Virus record (IMG/VR): IMGVR_UViG_3300016667_000188
Span: 9,026 to 73,025 of that record
Direction: 5' to 3' (one strand)
DNA from: a virus
DNA: 64,000 bases
In this document: piece by piece, positions 18,567-29,328 of the stretch
How positions within the stretch are numbered: position 1 is the stretch's first letter
Layout: every line of letters begins with the position of its first letter
Notes under the pieces: model-generated
The model's database searches: none
What the model was told of the DNA's origin: nothing
The model's input: the letters and a program-made list of their open reading frames with translations, nothing else
Program-made: the position numbers and the translations under genes

Positions 18567-19526
18567 ATGGCAGTCAATTCAAGAGAAAGTCTTAAACAGT
18601 ATGCGCTGAGAGCACTTGGCGCTCCTGTGGTAGAAATTAACGTAGACGATGATCAACTGGAAGATCGTCTAGACGAAGCCATTGATTACTGGCGTCTATA
18701 CCACTACGATGGTATCGAAGAAATGTATATGAAGCAACAGATTCGTGCTTCAGAAATGACGCTAACAACAAATAACGCAGCAACCTTTAATCTTGGAGAG
18801 ATTGTCACTGGTCTATCTTCTGGCGCTAAAGCAACTGTCACAAAAGACCACAGAACTTCTAGTGGTAACCTTTTGTTGGTTAGAGATGTAAAAGGGACAT
18901 TCCAAGGCGGAGAAGTTTTAGCTGGCACAACCATCACAGCAACTTTAGACACTAACACACCAATCACATTGCGTGAGTACGATAACAAGTATATCAATAT
19001 TCCAGACCACGTATTCGGTGTAACAGAAGTTCTTTCTATCGGATCTGCATCTTCTTCTAGAAATATCTTTGATTTACAATATCAACTACGTTTGAACGAC
19101 TTGTATGATTTGACTTCTACGTCTATCATCTACTATCAAACTGTTATGAATCACCTGTCTCTATTAGACTTCACTCTAAACGGTAAGGACAGCTTTAGAT
19201 ACAACAGACTACAAGATCGCCTATATTTGGACATAAACTGGAAACAGAACGTAGTCTTGGGTGACTATATGATCATTAAAGGTTATCGTGCTATGGATCC
19301 AAATCAGTGGTCTAAAGTTTGGAACGACAACTGGTTGAAAGATTACACAATCGCCTTATTCAAACGTCAGTGGGCGATCAACATTAAAAAGTTTAAAGGT
19401 ATCCAGCTTCCAGGTGGTGTTACTCTTGACGGAGATTCTCTGTATCAAGAAGCCGTAGAAGAAATCTCTAAACTAAAAGAAGACCTAACTAATAAGTCTG
19501 CTCCACTAAACTTTATGATGGGCTAA
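18567..19526 (+). CDS. 13: neck protein (T4 gp13-like) by position
   Basis: First of three genes directly upstream of TerL in T4 order (13, 14, 15). Size is 319 aa vs 309 aa in T4. Confidence 0.55.
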   Translation: MAVNSRESLKQYALRALGAPVVEINVDDDQLEDRLDEAIDYWRLYHYDGIEEMYMKQQIRASEMTLTTNNAATFNLGEIVTGLSSGAKATVTKDHRTSSGNLLLVRDVKGTFQGGEVLAGTTITATLDTNTPITLREYDNKYINIPDHVFGVTEVLSIGSASSSRNIFDLQYQLRLNDLYDLTSTSIIYYQTVMNHLSLLDFTLNGKDSFRYNRLQDRLYLDINWKQNVVLGDYMIIKGYRAMDPNQWSKVWNDNWLKDYTIALFKRQWAINIKKFKGIQLPGGVTLDGDSLYQEAVEEISKLKEDLTNKSAPLNFMMG

Positions 19527-19527
19527 A

Positions 19528-20439
19528 ATGTCTACAACAAATGTATACTTCTCACAGGGAACTCGAAACGAGCAGTACCTAGTCGAAGACTTGATCATAG
19601 AATCATTGCGCATCTATGGTCAAGAGGTTATGTACATTCCAAGAACACTAGTTTCAAAAGATGAGATTCTAGGAGAAGATCGCCTAAGCCAGTTTAAGAG
19701 CGCATTCCCTATTGAAATGTATTTCGAGAATGTAGACTCATTCGGTGGACAAGGTGCATTTATTCAGAAGTTCGGTCTGATGATGGAGCAATCTGCGACT
19801 TTAGTCGTTGCTCGTCGTCGCTGGGAGCAGTTCGTTGGTCGTTATGGAGTTACAACTGTTCCTACCAGACCAAACGAAGGTGATTTAATTTATTTCCCAC
19901 TGTCTAAAGGTTTGTTCGAGATCAAATTCGTTCAACATCAAGACCCATTCTATCAACTGGGTAAATTGTATGTTTACAAGTTACAAGTTGAATTGTTTCA
20001 ATATGCATCTGAGCAGATCGACACTGGTATCGCTCAGGTTGATACATTTGAAACTCTTAAAACATTCAATACTAACACAACTAGAAACCAGACTGGCGGT
20101 CTTAAATCTATTACTATCACCGCCAATGGAAACGGATACACATCTGCGCCAGCAGTTAATTTAATTAGTTCTACTGGTAGTGGAGCAGCTGCTCAAGCCG
20201 TAGTTGTTAATGGTAAGGTAACTTCTGTCAACGTTATTAGTAGTGGAACAGGTTATCAAACACCACCAGTAGTAACCTTTGTTGGGGGTGGTGGTACTGG
20301 CGCACAGGCTGAGTCTCAAATTGAAATTAATATCGATAAAGCAGAATCTTTCGGCGACAACAATAAGTTTAAACAGCAGTCTTCAAGTGTTATTAACTTT
20401 GATGATTCTAACCCATTCGGGGAGATAAACAATGCTTAA
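19528..20439 (+). CDS. 14: neck protein (T4 gp14-like) with GNGYTSAP/GTGYQTPP repeat insertion
   Basis: Assigned by position. Contains the same YT(T/S)AP repeat motif that is inserted in the sheath. Confidence 0.5.
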   Translation: MSTTNVYFSQGTRNEQYLVEDLIIESLRIYGQEVMYIPRTLVSKDEILGEDRLSQFKSAFPIEMYFENVDSFGGQGAFIQKFGLMMEQSATLVVARRRWEQFVGRYGVTTVPTRPNEGDLIYFPLSKGLFEIKFVQHQDPFYQLGKLYVYKLQVELFQYASEQIDTGIAQVDTFETLKTFNTNTTRNQTGGLKSITITANGNGYTSAPAVNLISSTGSGAAAQAVVVNGKVTSVNVISSGTGYQTPPVVTFVGGGGTGAQAESQIEINIDKAESFGDNNKFKQQSSSVINFDDSNPFGEINNA

Positions 20440-21175
20440 TGGAAGCGTTTACTACCATGGCACTATCCGAAAGGGTATTGTAGCATTCGGGCGTTTGTTT
20501 AGTGACATCTACATTGACCGTAAACAAGGTGATTCTGTAAACGGAACAACGATGCAAAGATTGCAAGTTCCTTTGGCATACGCACCAAAAGAAAAATGGT
20601 TAGTTAGATTAGACTCAGACCCTAATCTAGAAAATAATACAATGATTTCTTTGCCAAGAATGTCATTTGAAATCACAGACTACTCGTACGACTCTTCTCG
20701 TAAAACAAATCGTATGCAGAAAATTAAGTCTGGTGACTCCAACGTCCAATCAACTGTGTATACTCCAGTCCCATATAACGTCGGAATCAATCTGTATATT
20801 CTAACAAAAACTCAAGAAGATGGTCTACAAATCCTTGAGCAGATTTTACCAACATTCACTCCCGAATATACGCTAACGATCAATACCATAGACTCACTAG
20901 GTATCAAGACAGATATTCCTATTGTTCTAAATACAGTATCAGTACAAGATGATTATGACGGTTCTTTCCAAGAAAGAAGATTTGTAACTCATACCTTGAA
21001 CTTCACTATGAAGATGAACCTGTTTGGTCCAGTTTCTGGTCAAAGTGTTATTACACAAGTTAATGCTTCTGTTGGAAACAACGAAGATTATTCTAACCCT
21101 AACAGAGCATATACCGCAACAGGCGACACGCAAACCGTAACCGTAACAAGTGAGAATTGGTTAGACACATTCTAA
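20432..21175 (+). CDS. 15: tail sheath stabiliser/completion protein (T4 gp15-like)
   Basis: N-terminus TIRKGIVAFGRLFSDIYIDRK matches T4 gp15 SFRRYATLMGDLFSNIQIKRQ. Confidence 0.65.
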   Translation: MLNGSVYYHGTIRKGIVAFGRLFSDIYIDRKQGDSVNGTTMQRLQVPLAYAPKEKWLVRLDSDPNLENNTMISLPRMSFEITDYSYDSSRKTNRMQKIKSGDSNVQSTVYTPVPYNVGINLYILTKTQEDGLQILEQILPTFTPEYTLTINTIDSLGIKTDIPIVLNTVSVQDDYDGSFQERRFVTHTLNFTMKMNLFGPVSGQSVITQVNASVGNNEDYSNPNRAYTATGDTQTVTVTSENWLDTF

Positions 21176-22750
21176 ATGGCTGAGTTTTATAATAATAATC
21201 CAAACCTGAAGGCAGCTGGTGTCCAGATAGCATTTACACCAGAGCAGATCCAAGAATACATTAAGTGTTCCCAGGATCCAGTTTACTTCATTGAAAATTA
21301 TTGCCATATCGTCTCTCTTGACCATGGTTTGATTAAGTTCAAGCTATATGATTGCCAGAAGAAAAAGATTGACGTCATCCATAACAACCGTAAGGTTATT
21401 CTTATGGAAGGTCGTCAGCAAGGAAAGACCACGACTTCCGCTGCATACATTCTTTGGTATACAGTATTCCAACCAAACAAAAACGTAGCCATTCTAGCCA
21501 ATAAGGCTACTGCTGCTCGTGAAGTTTTGGATCGTTACCAGATTATGTACGAAGCCCTACCAATGTGGCTACAGCAAGGTGTTACTACTTGGAACAAGGG
21601 TGACATCGAATTAGAGAACGGGTCTAAAGTTTTCACTGCAGCAACTGCTGCTTCTGGTATTCGTGGTAAGTCTGTTAACTTACTATACGTTGATGAAGCT
21701 GCGATCATTCCGAATACGGTTGCTGAACAGTTCTTCACTTCTGTTTACCCAACAATTTCTGCTGGTCAGACTACAAAGATTTTGCTGTCTTCAACACCGT
21801 TGGGTTACAATCACTTCTGGAAGTTCTGGAACGACGCTGAGAACGGGCGCAATGGTTTTGTGCCGCTGTTCATTCCTTACTGGGAGATTCCAGGTCGTGA
21901 TGAAAAGTGGGCTGAAGAACAAAAAGCGATGCTGGGCGAACTCAAATACAACCAAGAGGTTGCCTGTAAGTTCCTTGGATCTAGCCTAACCCTAATCAAT
22001 GCAGATATTATCTCACAGATGTCTATAGACCCAACAATCCATCAGAAAGATGGACTAGACGTTTATGTTAGACCTTCTGCTGGGCATACTTACTGTCTGA
22101 TTGCAGACGTAGCAAAGGGTGTTGGTGGAGACCACTCGGCTTTCCAAGTTATTGATATCACAGAAACCCCGTACAGAATCGTGGCTAAGTACCGCAACAA
22201 CGAGATTAGTCCACTTCTTTACCCGAACGTTATACACAAAGTTGCAAAAGAATATAACGAAGCATATGTGCTGATCGAAACTAACATCAGCGAACAAGTT
22301 GCATATATTTTACATGCCGAGCTAGAATACGAAAATATCCTAATGGTGAACAGTTCATCTACTGGACAATATGTAGGTGGCGGTTTCGGTGGAGGAAAAA
22401 CACGTTTAGGTGTGAATACAGACAAGCGTGTTAAACGAATCGGATGCCATAACTTTAAGTCTATGGTTGAAGAGAAAAAGATGATTATTAATGATGCGGA
22501 TACCATCTCCGAAATCTCTACTTTTATCGAAAAGAAGGGTTCTTACGAGGCAGACGAAGGGTATCACGATGACTTAGTTATGCCTCTTGTGCTATTCGGA
22601 TGGCTCACAACACAGCCATATTTCAAAGAACTAAATAATGTAGATCTTCGCAAGATTATGTACGAAAAGAAAATTCAAGCGATCGAAGACGAATTGACTC
22701 CATTTGGGTTTTATGACGATGGACAGGAAGCTGCGCCATTAAACTTCTAA
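21176..22750 (+). CDS. 17: terminase large subunit (T4 gp17-like)
   Basis: VYFIENYCHI..QQGKTT (Walker A) ..LLYVDEAAIIPN.., and C-terminal EGYHDDLVMPLVLFGWLTTQ, all align to T4 gp17. Confidence 0.9.
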   Translation: MAEFYNNNPNLKAAGVQIAFTPEQIQEYIKCSQDPVYFIENYCHIVSLDHGLIKFKLYDCQKKKIDVIHNNRKVILMEGRQQGKTTTSAAYILWYTVFQPNKNVAILANKATAAREVLDRYQIMYEALPMWLQQGVTTWNKGDIELENGSKVFTAATAASGIRGKSVNLLYVDEAAIIPNTVAEQFFTSVYPTISAGQTTKILLSSTPLGYNHFWKFWNDAENGRNGFVPLFIPYWEIPGRDEKWAEEQKAMLGELKYNQEVACKFLGSSLTLINADIISQMSIDPTIHQKDGLDVYVRPSAGHTYCLIADVAKGVGGDHSAFQVIDITETPYRIVAKYRNNEISPLLYPNVIHKVAKEYNEAYVLIETNISEQVAYILHAELEYENILMVNSSSTGQYVGGGFGGGKTRLGVNTDKRVKRIGCHNFKSMVEEKKMIINDADTISEISTFIEKKGSYEADEGYHDDLVMPLVLFGWLTTQPYFKELNNVDLRKIMYEKKIQAIEDELTPFGFYDDGQEAAPLNF

Positions 22751-22766
22751 TGAAAACTTGTAAATC

Positions 22767-22773
22767 ATAAATA
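22767..22773 (+). promoter_or_regulatory. T4-type late promoter motif (c)ATAAATA upstream of the sheath gene
   Basis: The motif lies about 58 nt upstream of the ATG. gp55 late sigma is encoded in this window. Confidence 0.45.
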
Positions 22774-22830
22774 AAATATGTAGACATAAAACCTGTCTAG
22801 AGTAAAACTTATTAAATAAGGAGAATTACA

Positions 22831-24999
22831 ATGCCTTTCCAACTATCTCCAGGCGTTGCAGTCGTTGAAAAAGATTTTTCAGCAATCGTTCCAGCAGTTT
22901 CTAGCTCTCGTGGCGCATTCGCTGGTGCTTTTGCATGGGGTCCAGTATTGGCTCCTACTAGCGTTTCTTCCGAAGGCGAATTAGTTCGCATTTTCGGTAA
23001 ACCTACTGATGCTAACGCTCAGGCATTCTTTACTGCTGCTAACTTCCTATCTTACACAAATAGCCTTTTAGTGTCTCGTACTGATTCTACAGCAGCACGT
23101 AACGCTGTTGCGGTTCAGTCTGGTAGCATCTCTACTATTACTATCAACCTCGCTGGCTCTGGTTACACTACTGCTCCAGCAGTTGCGTTTTCTGCTCCTC
23201 AAGATGCAGGTGGTATTCAAGCAACTGGTACAGCCACACTTTCTGGTGGCGGCGTTACTGCAGTACCTATCTCTAGTGGTGGTTCTGGCTATACTACTGC
23301 TAACGTAACATTCAGCGCCCCACAGGTTGCTGGTGGCGTTACTGCTACTGGTACAGTTACTGTTGCAGGTGGCGCAGTTACTGGTATCACAATCACTAAT
23401 GCAGGTTCTGGTTACACTACTGCTCCAACAGTAAGTATTACTGGTAACGGTACTGGCGCAGCTGCTGGTAGTGTTACTATTTCTGCTTCTAGTGTTGCTG
23501 GTATCACAATCACTAATGCAGGTTCTGGTTACACTACTGCTCCAACAGTTACTATCGCTGCTCCAGCATCTGGTACTACTGCTACTGCAACAGCTACTAT
23601 TGCTGTTTCTGGTGTTAAGATTAACAACTCTCAAGATTACCTAACAACATTTGCAAATGGTTCTGGCACTTTTGGTGAGTTTGCTGCTCGTTATCCAGGT
23701 ACTCTAGGAAACTCTATCCTAGTTTCTATGGCTGACTCTGCAACATTTGCAAACTGGACATACAAAGCTAACTTCGACGCTGCACCAAGCACTTCTACAT
23801 ACGCTGCTTCTATTGGTGGTTCTAATGATGAAGTTCACGTTGTGGTTATCGACGAAGATGGTCTATGGACTGGTACTCCAGGAACTGTTCTAGAAAAGTA
23901 TGCGTTTGTTTCTAAAGCAAGTGATGCTAAGAAAGCTGACGGTACTAACAACTATTACAAAGACGCTATTAACACAAGTTCTGATTACATCTACTGGATG
24001 GATCACCCAGCAGCTGTAGCTGCTAACTGGGGTACATCTGCTCAAGGTAAAGCATTCTCTAGCTTATCTGGTGCTGTTACTCGTTCTCTTGGTGGTGGTG
24101 TTGATAGCTTGACTGCTACTGACGGTGAAACAATGACTGCATTTGGTCTATTCGCTAATGACGTACAGTACGATATCTCCCTAATTCCACTAGGTAAGGC
24201 TTCTACTACTGTTGCTAACTACGTTATCGGAATCGCTGAATCTCGTCTAGACTGCGTTGTGTTTGCTTCTGCTCAAAACATCTCTAGTGGCGATCCAATC
24301 ATCGGAACTGGTTCTACTGCTACAGATGCTATCGTTGCTTACCGTAACGCTCTACCATCTAGTTCTTATGCTGTTCTGGATTCTGGTTACAAGTATCAAT
24401 ACGACCGTTACAACGATAAGTACCGTTGGGTTCCATTGAACGGTGACACTGCTGGTCTATGCGCACGTACTGATTACACTAACGACCCATGGTTCTCTCC
24501 AGGTGGTCTAAACCGTGGTCAGATCAAGAATGTTGTTAAGTTGGCGCATAACCCAACTAAGACAGACCGTGACGCTCTTTATAAAGCTGGTGTTAACCCT
24601 GTTGTTAGCTTCCCAGGAGAAGGTACTGTTCTGTTCGGCGACAAGACTCTATTGGCTAAGCCAAGTGCGTTCGATCGTATCAACGTGCGTCGTTTGTTCA
24701 TCGTTATGGAAAAAGCTATCGCTACTGCTGCTAAGTTCCAACTATTCGAATTCAACGATGGTTTCACTCGTGCTCAGTTTAAGAACTTGATCGAACCATT
24801 CCTACGTGACATTCAAGGTCGTCGTGGTATTACTGACTTTGCTGTTAAGTGTGATGAGACTAACAATACTGGTCAAGTTATTGACGCTAACCAGTTTGTT
24901 GCTGACATCTACGTCAAGCCAAATCGTTCTATCAACTTTATTACTCTGAACTTCGTAGCTGCTCGTTCTAGCATCAGCTTCACTGAGTTGGGTGCGTAA
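22831..24999 (+). CDS. 18: tail sheath protein (T4 gp18-like) with four inserted about 40-aa [10 protein letters not shown] repeats
   Basis: N-terminus [10 protein letters not shown] ... [20 protein letters not shown] aligns to T4 gp18. The repeats lie between residues about 100 and 260. Confidence 0.9.
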   Translation: MPFQLSPGVAVVEKDFSAIVPAVSSSRGAFAGAFAWGPVLAPTSVSSEGELVRIFGKPTDANAQAFFTAANFLSYTNSLLVSRTDSTAARNAVAVQSGSISTITINLAGSGYTTAPAVAFSAPQDAGGIQATGTATLSGGGVTAVPISSGGSGYTTANVTFSAPQVAGGVTATGTVTVAGGAVTGITITNAGSGYTTAPTVSITGNGTGAAAGSVTISASSVAGITITNAGSGYTTAPTVTIAAPASGTTATATATIAVSGVKINNSQDYLTTFANGSGTFGEFAARYPGTLGNSILVSMADSATFANWTYKANFDAAPSTSTYAASIGGSNDEVHVVVIDEDGLWTGTPGTVLEKYAFVSKASDAKKADGTNNYYKDAINTSSDYIYWMDHPAAVAANWGTSAQGKAFSSLSGAVTRSLGGGVDSLTATDGETMTAFGLFANDVQYDISLIPLGKASTTVANYVIGIAESRLDCVVFASAQNISSGDPIIGTGSTATDAIVAYRNALPSSSYAVLDSGYKYQYDRYNDKYRWVPLNGDTAGLCARTDYTNDPWFSPGGLNRGQIKNVVKLAHNPTKTDRDALYKAGVNPVVSFPGEGTVLFGDKTLLAKPSAFDRINVRRLFIVMEKAIATAAKFQLFEFNDGFTRAQFKNLIEPFLRDIQGRRGITDFAVKCDETNNTGQVIDANQFVADIYVKPNRSINFITLNFVAARSSISFTELGA

Positions 25000-25006
25000 T
25001 TAGAGA

Positions 25007-25013
25007 ATAAATA
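25007..25013 (+). promoter_or_regulatory. late promoter motif ATAAATA upstream of the tube gene
   Basis: Motif at -28 relative to the ATG. Confidence 0.4.
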
Positions 25014-25034
25014 AGAAGAACAAAGGAGAATTAA

Positions 25035-25622
25035 ATGGCAAATATTGCTGATTTTAAGTCACAGATGATCGGGGGCGGTGCTCGCCCTAATCAGTTCCGT
25101 GTTGAACTGACATTCCCTTCATTCGTTACGCTAGGACCAGTAGCTGGACAACGTGCACAGTTCTTGTGTAAAGCTGCTCAGCTACCAGCATCTACAATCG
25201 AAACTATTCCAGTTTTGTTTAAGGGTCGTCCAGTTAACTTTGCTGGTGAGCGTTCTTTCGCTCCATGGACTGTTACAATTTACAACGATACCACTTTCGG
25301 TATTCGTAATGCTCTTGAGCAGTGGCAATCTGGTATCCAGAATTATGACACTACTCTAGGTAAAGTAAATCCTACTGAGTATCAAGTAGACCTACAGGTT
25401 CACCAACTAGACCGTTCTGGTTCTATCATCAAAACATACAAGTTTGTTGATGCGTTCCCGACTAGCATTTCTGCTATCGGTTTAGATTATGAACAACAGA
25501 ATGCTATTGAACAATTTGATGTAGAGTTTACATACAACTACTTCACATCAGGCACTGGAGCTTCTTCTGGATTCGGAGTTAATGTTTCTGTTGATACACC
25601 AGTTGGCTCTATTCCTCTATAA
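25035..25622 (+). CDS. 19: tail tube protein (T4 gp19-like)
   Basis: PNQFRVELTF...FLCKAAQLPASTIETIPV..FAPWTVTIYND aligns to T4 gp19. Confidence 0.9.
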   Translation: MANIADFKSQMIGGGARPNQFRVELTFPSFVTLGPVAGQRAQFLCKAAQLPASTIETIPVLFKGRPVNFAGERSFAPWTVTIYNDTTFGIRNALEQWQSGIQNYDTTLGKVNPTEYQVDLQVHQLDRSGSIIKTYKFVDAFPTSISAIGLDYEQQNAIEQFDVEFTYNYFTSGTGASSGFGVNVSVDTPVGSIPL

Positions 25623-25641
25623 TTAATAGAAGGACTATATA

Positions 25642-27225
25642 ATGCAATTTTTTGGGTTCGAGATCAAACGTAAGCAAGACAAGGAGTTGGGGAGCGTAGT
25701 AGCCCCACCTCCAGTCGACGGCAGTACCGTAATAAACACTGGTGTTAATGCTGGTGGATATTACGGTATGGTTATGGATGTGGAAGGTATCGTCAAAAAC
25801 GAGAATGACCTTATCCGCCGTTATCGTGAGGTTTCCCAATATTCAGATTGCGACTCAGCAATCGAGGACATCGTCAACGAGGCAATCGTTGTAGACGAGC
25901 AGGGTAAGTGCGTCAAAATAAATCTTGATGGATTAGATGTATCTCCAACAATCAAGAAAAAGATTAGCGAAGAATTTGATAATATTCTTAAAGTTCTAAA
26001 GTTTGAAGAACGTGCGCATGATATTTTCCGTTCTTGGTATATTGACGGGCGTCTTTATTATCAAATTCTTATCGACGAAAAGAATCTAAAGCAAGGTATT
26101 GTAGAACTACGATACATTGATCCACGTAAGATTCGTCGTATTAAAAATGTCGTTAAAGAAAGAAACCAACAAGGCGTTGAAGTTATCAAAGCTGTTGAAG
26201 AATTCTACCTATTCAACGACAAAGGTATTACTGAACAAACAACACAAGGTGTCAAACTATCCATTGACTCTGTTGTTTATGTTCCTTCTGGCTACCTAGA
26301 CCAGAACACTGGTATGATGATGTCATACCTACACAAAGCAATTAAAGCTGTTAATCAGCTAAAGATGATTGAAGATGCTTTAGTCATCTACCGTATTAGT
26401 CGTGCACCTGAACGTCGTATTTTCTACATCGACGTTGGTAACTTACCTAAGGTTAAGGCTGAGCAATATGTTACGGACATTATGAACAAGTTCCGCAACA
26501 AGATTGTTTATGATGCTACAACGGGTGAAGTGCGTGACGATCGTAAACATATGTCTATGATGGAAGACTTCTGGATGCCTCGCCGTGAAGGTGGTAAGGG
26601 TACAGAAATTACTACACTTCCAGGTGGACAAAATCTTGGTGATATCGAAGATATCCAATACTTCCAGAACAAGTTGTATCACGCATTGAACGTACCTGTT
26701 GGTCGTTTGCAAGAACAACAAGGGTTCTCTATTGGTCGTTCTGTTGAGATCTCCCGTGATGAGATTAAGTTTCATAAGTTTGTCAGCAGACTACGTAAGA
26801 AATTTGCAAACTTGTTTACCGATTCTCTGCGCATTCAGTTGGCTGCTAAAAACATTATGCGCCCAGAAGAGTGGGATGATATCAAACAAGATATCCGCTA
26901 TGACTTTGTGGAAGACAATCACTATTCTGAACTAAAAGATAACGAAGTTCTGATGGCTCGTCTTGCAACTATTCAACAAATGGAACCATATATCGGCAAG
27001 TTCTTTTCTGTTGATTGGGTTAAGCGTAATGTTCTTCAACAAACTGACGAAGACATTGAACAGATGCAAAAAGAAATGGATGCCGAAGAAGATTTCCATA
27101 TGGATATGGCATCACGTGATGGTGAGATAGCAGGTGCTACGCAAGCTGCTCAACAAAATTATTTACAAGCAAACGCTCCACAGGCAGTTGAAGCCCCAAC
27201 GAGCGACACACAAACAGGAGCATAA
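25642..27225 (+). CDS. 20: portal protein (T4 gp20-like)
   Basis: 527 aa. Position follows gene 19. Portal-like size and composition. Confidence 0.8.
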   Translation: MQFFGFEIKRKQDKELGSVVAPPPVDGSTVINTGVNAGGYYGMVMDVEGIVKNENDLIRRYREVSQYSDCDSAIEDIVNEAIVVDEQGKCVKINLDGLDVSPTIKKKISEEFDNILKVLKFEERAHDIFRSWYIDGRLYYQILIDEKNLKQGIVELRYIDPRKIRRIKNVVKERNQQGVEVIKAVEEFYLFNDKGITEQTTQGVKLSIDSVVYVPSGYLDQNTGMMMSYLHKAIKAVNQLKMIEDALVIYRISRAPERRIFYIDVGNLPKVKAEQYVTDIMNKFRNKIVYDATTGEVRDDRKHMSMMEDFWMPRREGGKGTEITTLPGGQNLGDIEDIQYFQNKLYHALNVPVGRLQEQQGFSIGRSVEISRDEIKFHKFVSRLRKKFANLFTDSLRIQLAAKNIMRPEEWDDIKQDIRYDFVEDNHYSELKDNEVLMARLATIQQMEPYIGKFFSVDWVKRNVLQQTDEDIEQMQKEMDAEEDFHMDMASRDGEIAGATQAAQQNYLQANAPQAVEAPTSDTQTGA

Positions 27226-27227
27226 TT

Positions 27228-27614
27228 ATGAATGAAAATGTACAAGAATTAGTAAAAGCAATGTTAGCTAAAGATGCAGCAGGAACAGAATCTGCATTCC
27301 AAGCTGCTATGGCAGAAAAGATCTCTGCTAAACTAGACGACATGCGCCAGAATATGGCACAAAGTATGTTTAAGACTCCTGTAGCGCAATCTGCTGATCC
27401 AGTAGTAGAAGAAGAATTAGATTTAGAAACTATCGATACACTAACTGAAGAACAGTTAGATGAAGTTTTGACTAAGAAAACACCAGCCAGCGAATACATT
27501 AGTGACTTTGTTAAGAGTGACAATCCTAAGTTTGCTGGCAAGTCTAAAAAAGAACGCATCAAGATGGCTCTTGGTGCATACTATGCCAAGCACCCAGAAA
27601 AGTCTAATAAGTAA
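27228..27614 (+). CDS. prohead core protein (gp67-like, by position)
   Basis: Small acidic protein between portal and protease, as in T4. Confidence 0.4.
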   Translation: MNENVQELVKAMLAKDAAGTESAFQAAMAEKISAKLDDMRQNMAQSMFKTPVAQSADPVVEEELDLETIDTLTEEQLDEVLTKKTPASEYISDFVKSDNPKFAGKSKKERIKMALGAYYAKHPEKSNK

Positions 27615-28159
27615 TGTACTATACACAGTTTACTAAGACTATCAAACCAGCGAATATTGTTGAGAGTGTTCGCTCTTATCGCCATCTTATTGAGATGACT
27701 GGTGAGGGAAAGGTATTGGTTGATGGCGACGAAACAAATTTCAAGAGTTTAGAAGAAGCCAAGCAATACGTTAAGCAAGAATATATTAGTGAAAAATTAG
27801 AACAGCAAGTATCAAAAGACTTATACGAAGAACTATCTGACAGTAAAGTAGCAAGTATTATTAAAGAATATTACGACATTAAAGTCACAGATACACTTAT
27901 AGAAAATTATATTAAATTGGCTTCTTCTAACATTTTTACAATTGACCCAGTTGTTCAGAGAATCAGACAACTCAATAGACTAGACCGAATCGTAGAAGGC
28001 AAGATCCACTACGTTCTTAATGATGAATCTATCATTGCCATCTCTGAAGAAACGCAAAAACAACTAAATAATTTATTGGCGAATCATACAGAGATTATCG
28101 AGTATATGAGAGAAAGCAGTAGCAATTTCCTTCATGTGCTTGAACAAATAGAGGAATAA
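27614..28159 (+). CDS. prohead core protein (gp68-like, by position)
   Basis: Position only. Confidence 0.35.
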   Translation: MYYTQFTKTIKPANIVESVRSYRHLIEMTGEGKVLVDGDETNFKSLEEAKQYVKQEYISEKLEQQVSKDLYEELSDSKVASIIKEYYDIKVTDTLIENYIKLASSNIFTIDPVVQRIRQLNRLDRIVEGKIHYVLNDESIIAISEETQKQLNNLLANHTEIIEYMRESSSNFLHVLEQIEE

Positions 28160-28162
28160 CAA

Positions 28163-28624
28163 ATGGCTGTCATTTTCACAACAACCAAAAACACAAACCA
28201 GGAGACTGTGATTCATTTCACATCTTCTGCTATAGAAACAGGCACTATTACTATCGCTGATCTAACTGCACCAACACAGCAAAGAAACTCTGACGCACCA
28301 AAAGTTGACATAGTTAAATTTGTATGCTCAGGTGAATTGGGTGCGCATGTTAGAGTTGATCGAAATAACAAACGTGTTATTTCTTGCTCCCCTGAGAATG
28401 ATATCAATATTGAATTCAATACAATGGGCATCCCTGTTAATAATGACAATACATCTGACATTGTCATTGATAACCACTCAGCAAAAGATGTTACTGGTTG
28501 GTTAGTTTTGCGTAAATTGGCTGGTTGGGACACTAAAGTCGAAACTGCTACTTACGGTTCTTACGATGATGTGACTCGTGTTGGCGCTTCTACTACTGCG
28601 TCAGGTTCACCAGATAAGGTCTAA
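28163..28624 (+). CDS. hypothetical head-module protein
   Basis: 153-aa ORF. Confidence 0.4.
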   Translation: MAVIFTTTKNTNQETVIHFTSSAIETGTITIADLTAPTQQRNSDAPKVDIVKFVCSGELGAHVRVDRNNKRVISCSPENDINIEFNTMGIPVNNDNTSDIVIDNHSAKDVTGWLVLRKLAGWDTKVETATYGSYDDVTRVGASTTASGSPDKV

Positions 28625-28625
28625 T

Positions 28626-29282
28626 ATGAAACTAATTAGAGAAGACATTCAAGAAGCAAAACTTATTGTTGAAGACAAAGGTTTAGGTAAGCCTAAACAA
28701 TACTTCATCGAAGGAGTTTTCCTTCAGTCTAACATTCAGAACCGTAACAAGCGTATGTATCCAGAGCACGTTATGGATCGTGAAGTTGCACGTTACCTAA
28801 AAGAACAAGTTGAAAACAACCGTGCGTATGGTGAACTAGGTCACCCAGACACTCCATCTATTAACTTAGATCGTGTCTCTCATTTGATCGTTGACCTTCG
28901 TAAAGAAGGTACTAATTATGTAGGTAAAGCAAAAATTTTAGAAACACCGATGGGCAATATTGCTCGTGGTCTCCTAGATGGAGGTGCCAATCTCGGCGTT
29001 TCTTCAAGAGCACTTGGCTCTCTCGTTCTTAATAAAGAGGGAGTTAATGTTGTTCAGGATGACTTTATGTTATCCACTGCTGCGGACATCGTAGCAGACC
29101 CTTCTGCCCCAGACGCTTTCGTTCGTGGCATTATGGAGAACAAAGAGTGGATTTATATTGATGGAAAGTTTGTGGAGCAACATATCGAAGCTGTTCAGGC
29201 TTCTATTAGAAAGGCTTCTACTCGACAATTAGAGGAAGCAAAATTGCACGCTTTCCAAAGTTTTCTGAGTAAAATCAGATAA
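28626..29282 (+). CDS. 21: prohead core protease (T4 gp21-like)
   Basis: YFIEGVFLQSNIQNRNKRMYP ... NRAYGELGHP..INLDRVSH ... ARGLLDGGANLGVSSRALG align to T4 gp21. The ATG at 28626 follows the upstream stop. Confidence 0.85.
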   Translation: MKLIREDIQEAKLIVEDKGLGKPKQYFIEGVFLQSNIQNRNKRMYPEHVMDREVARYLKEQVENNRAYGELGHPDTPSINLDRVSHLIVDLRKEGTNYVGKAKILETPMGNIARGLLDGGANLGVSSRALGSLVLNKEGVNVVQDDFMLSTAADIVADPSAPDAFVRGIMENKEWIYIDGKFVEQHIEAVQASIRKASTRQLEEAKLHAFQSFLSKIR

Positions 29283-29292
29283 ATAATAAATA
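29279..29292 (+). promoter_or_regulatory. two tandem ATAAATA late-promoter motifs upstream of the scaffold gene
   Basis: agATAAATAATAAATAAtt. Confidence 0.4.
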
Positions 29293-29328
29293 ATTTAATA
29301 GAACTAATCCAGTTACAGGAGATAACGA

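Noticed and set aside
23068-23634. 188-aa minus-strand ORF and 66-aa + ORF inside the sheath gene.
   Set aside because: They lie within the well-supported gp18 coding region. The Ser/Cys-rich nonsense composition comes from the repeats.
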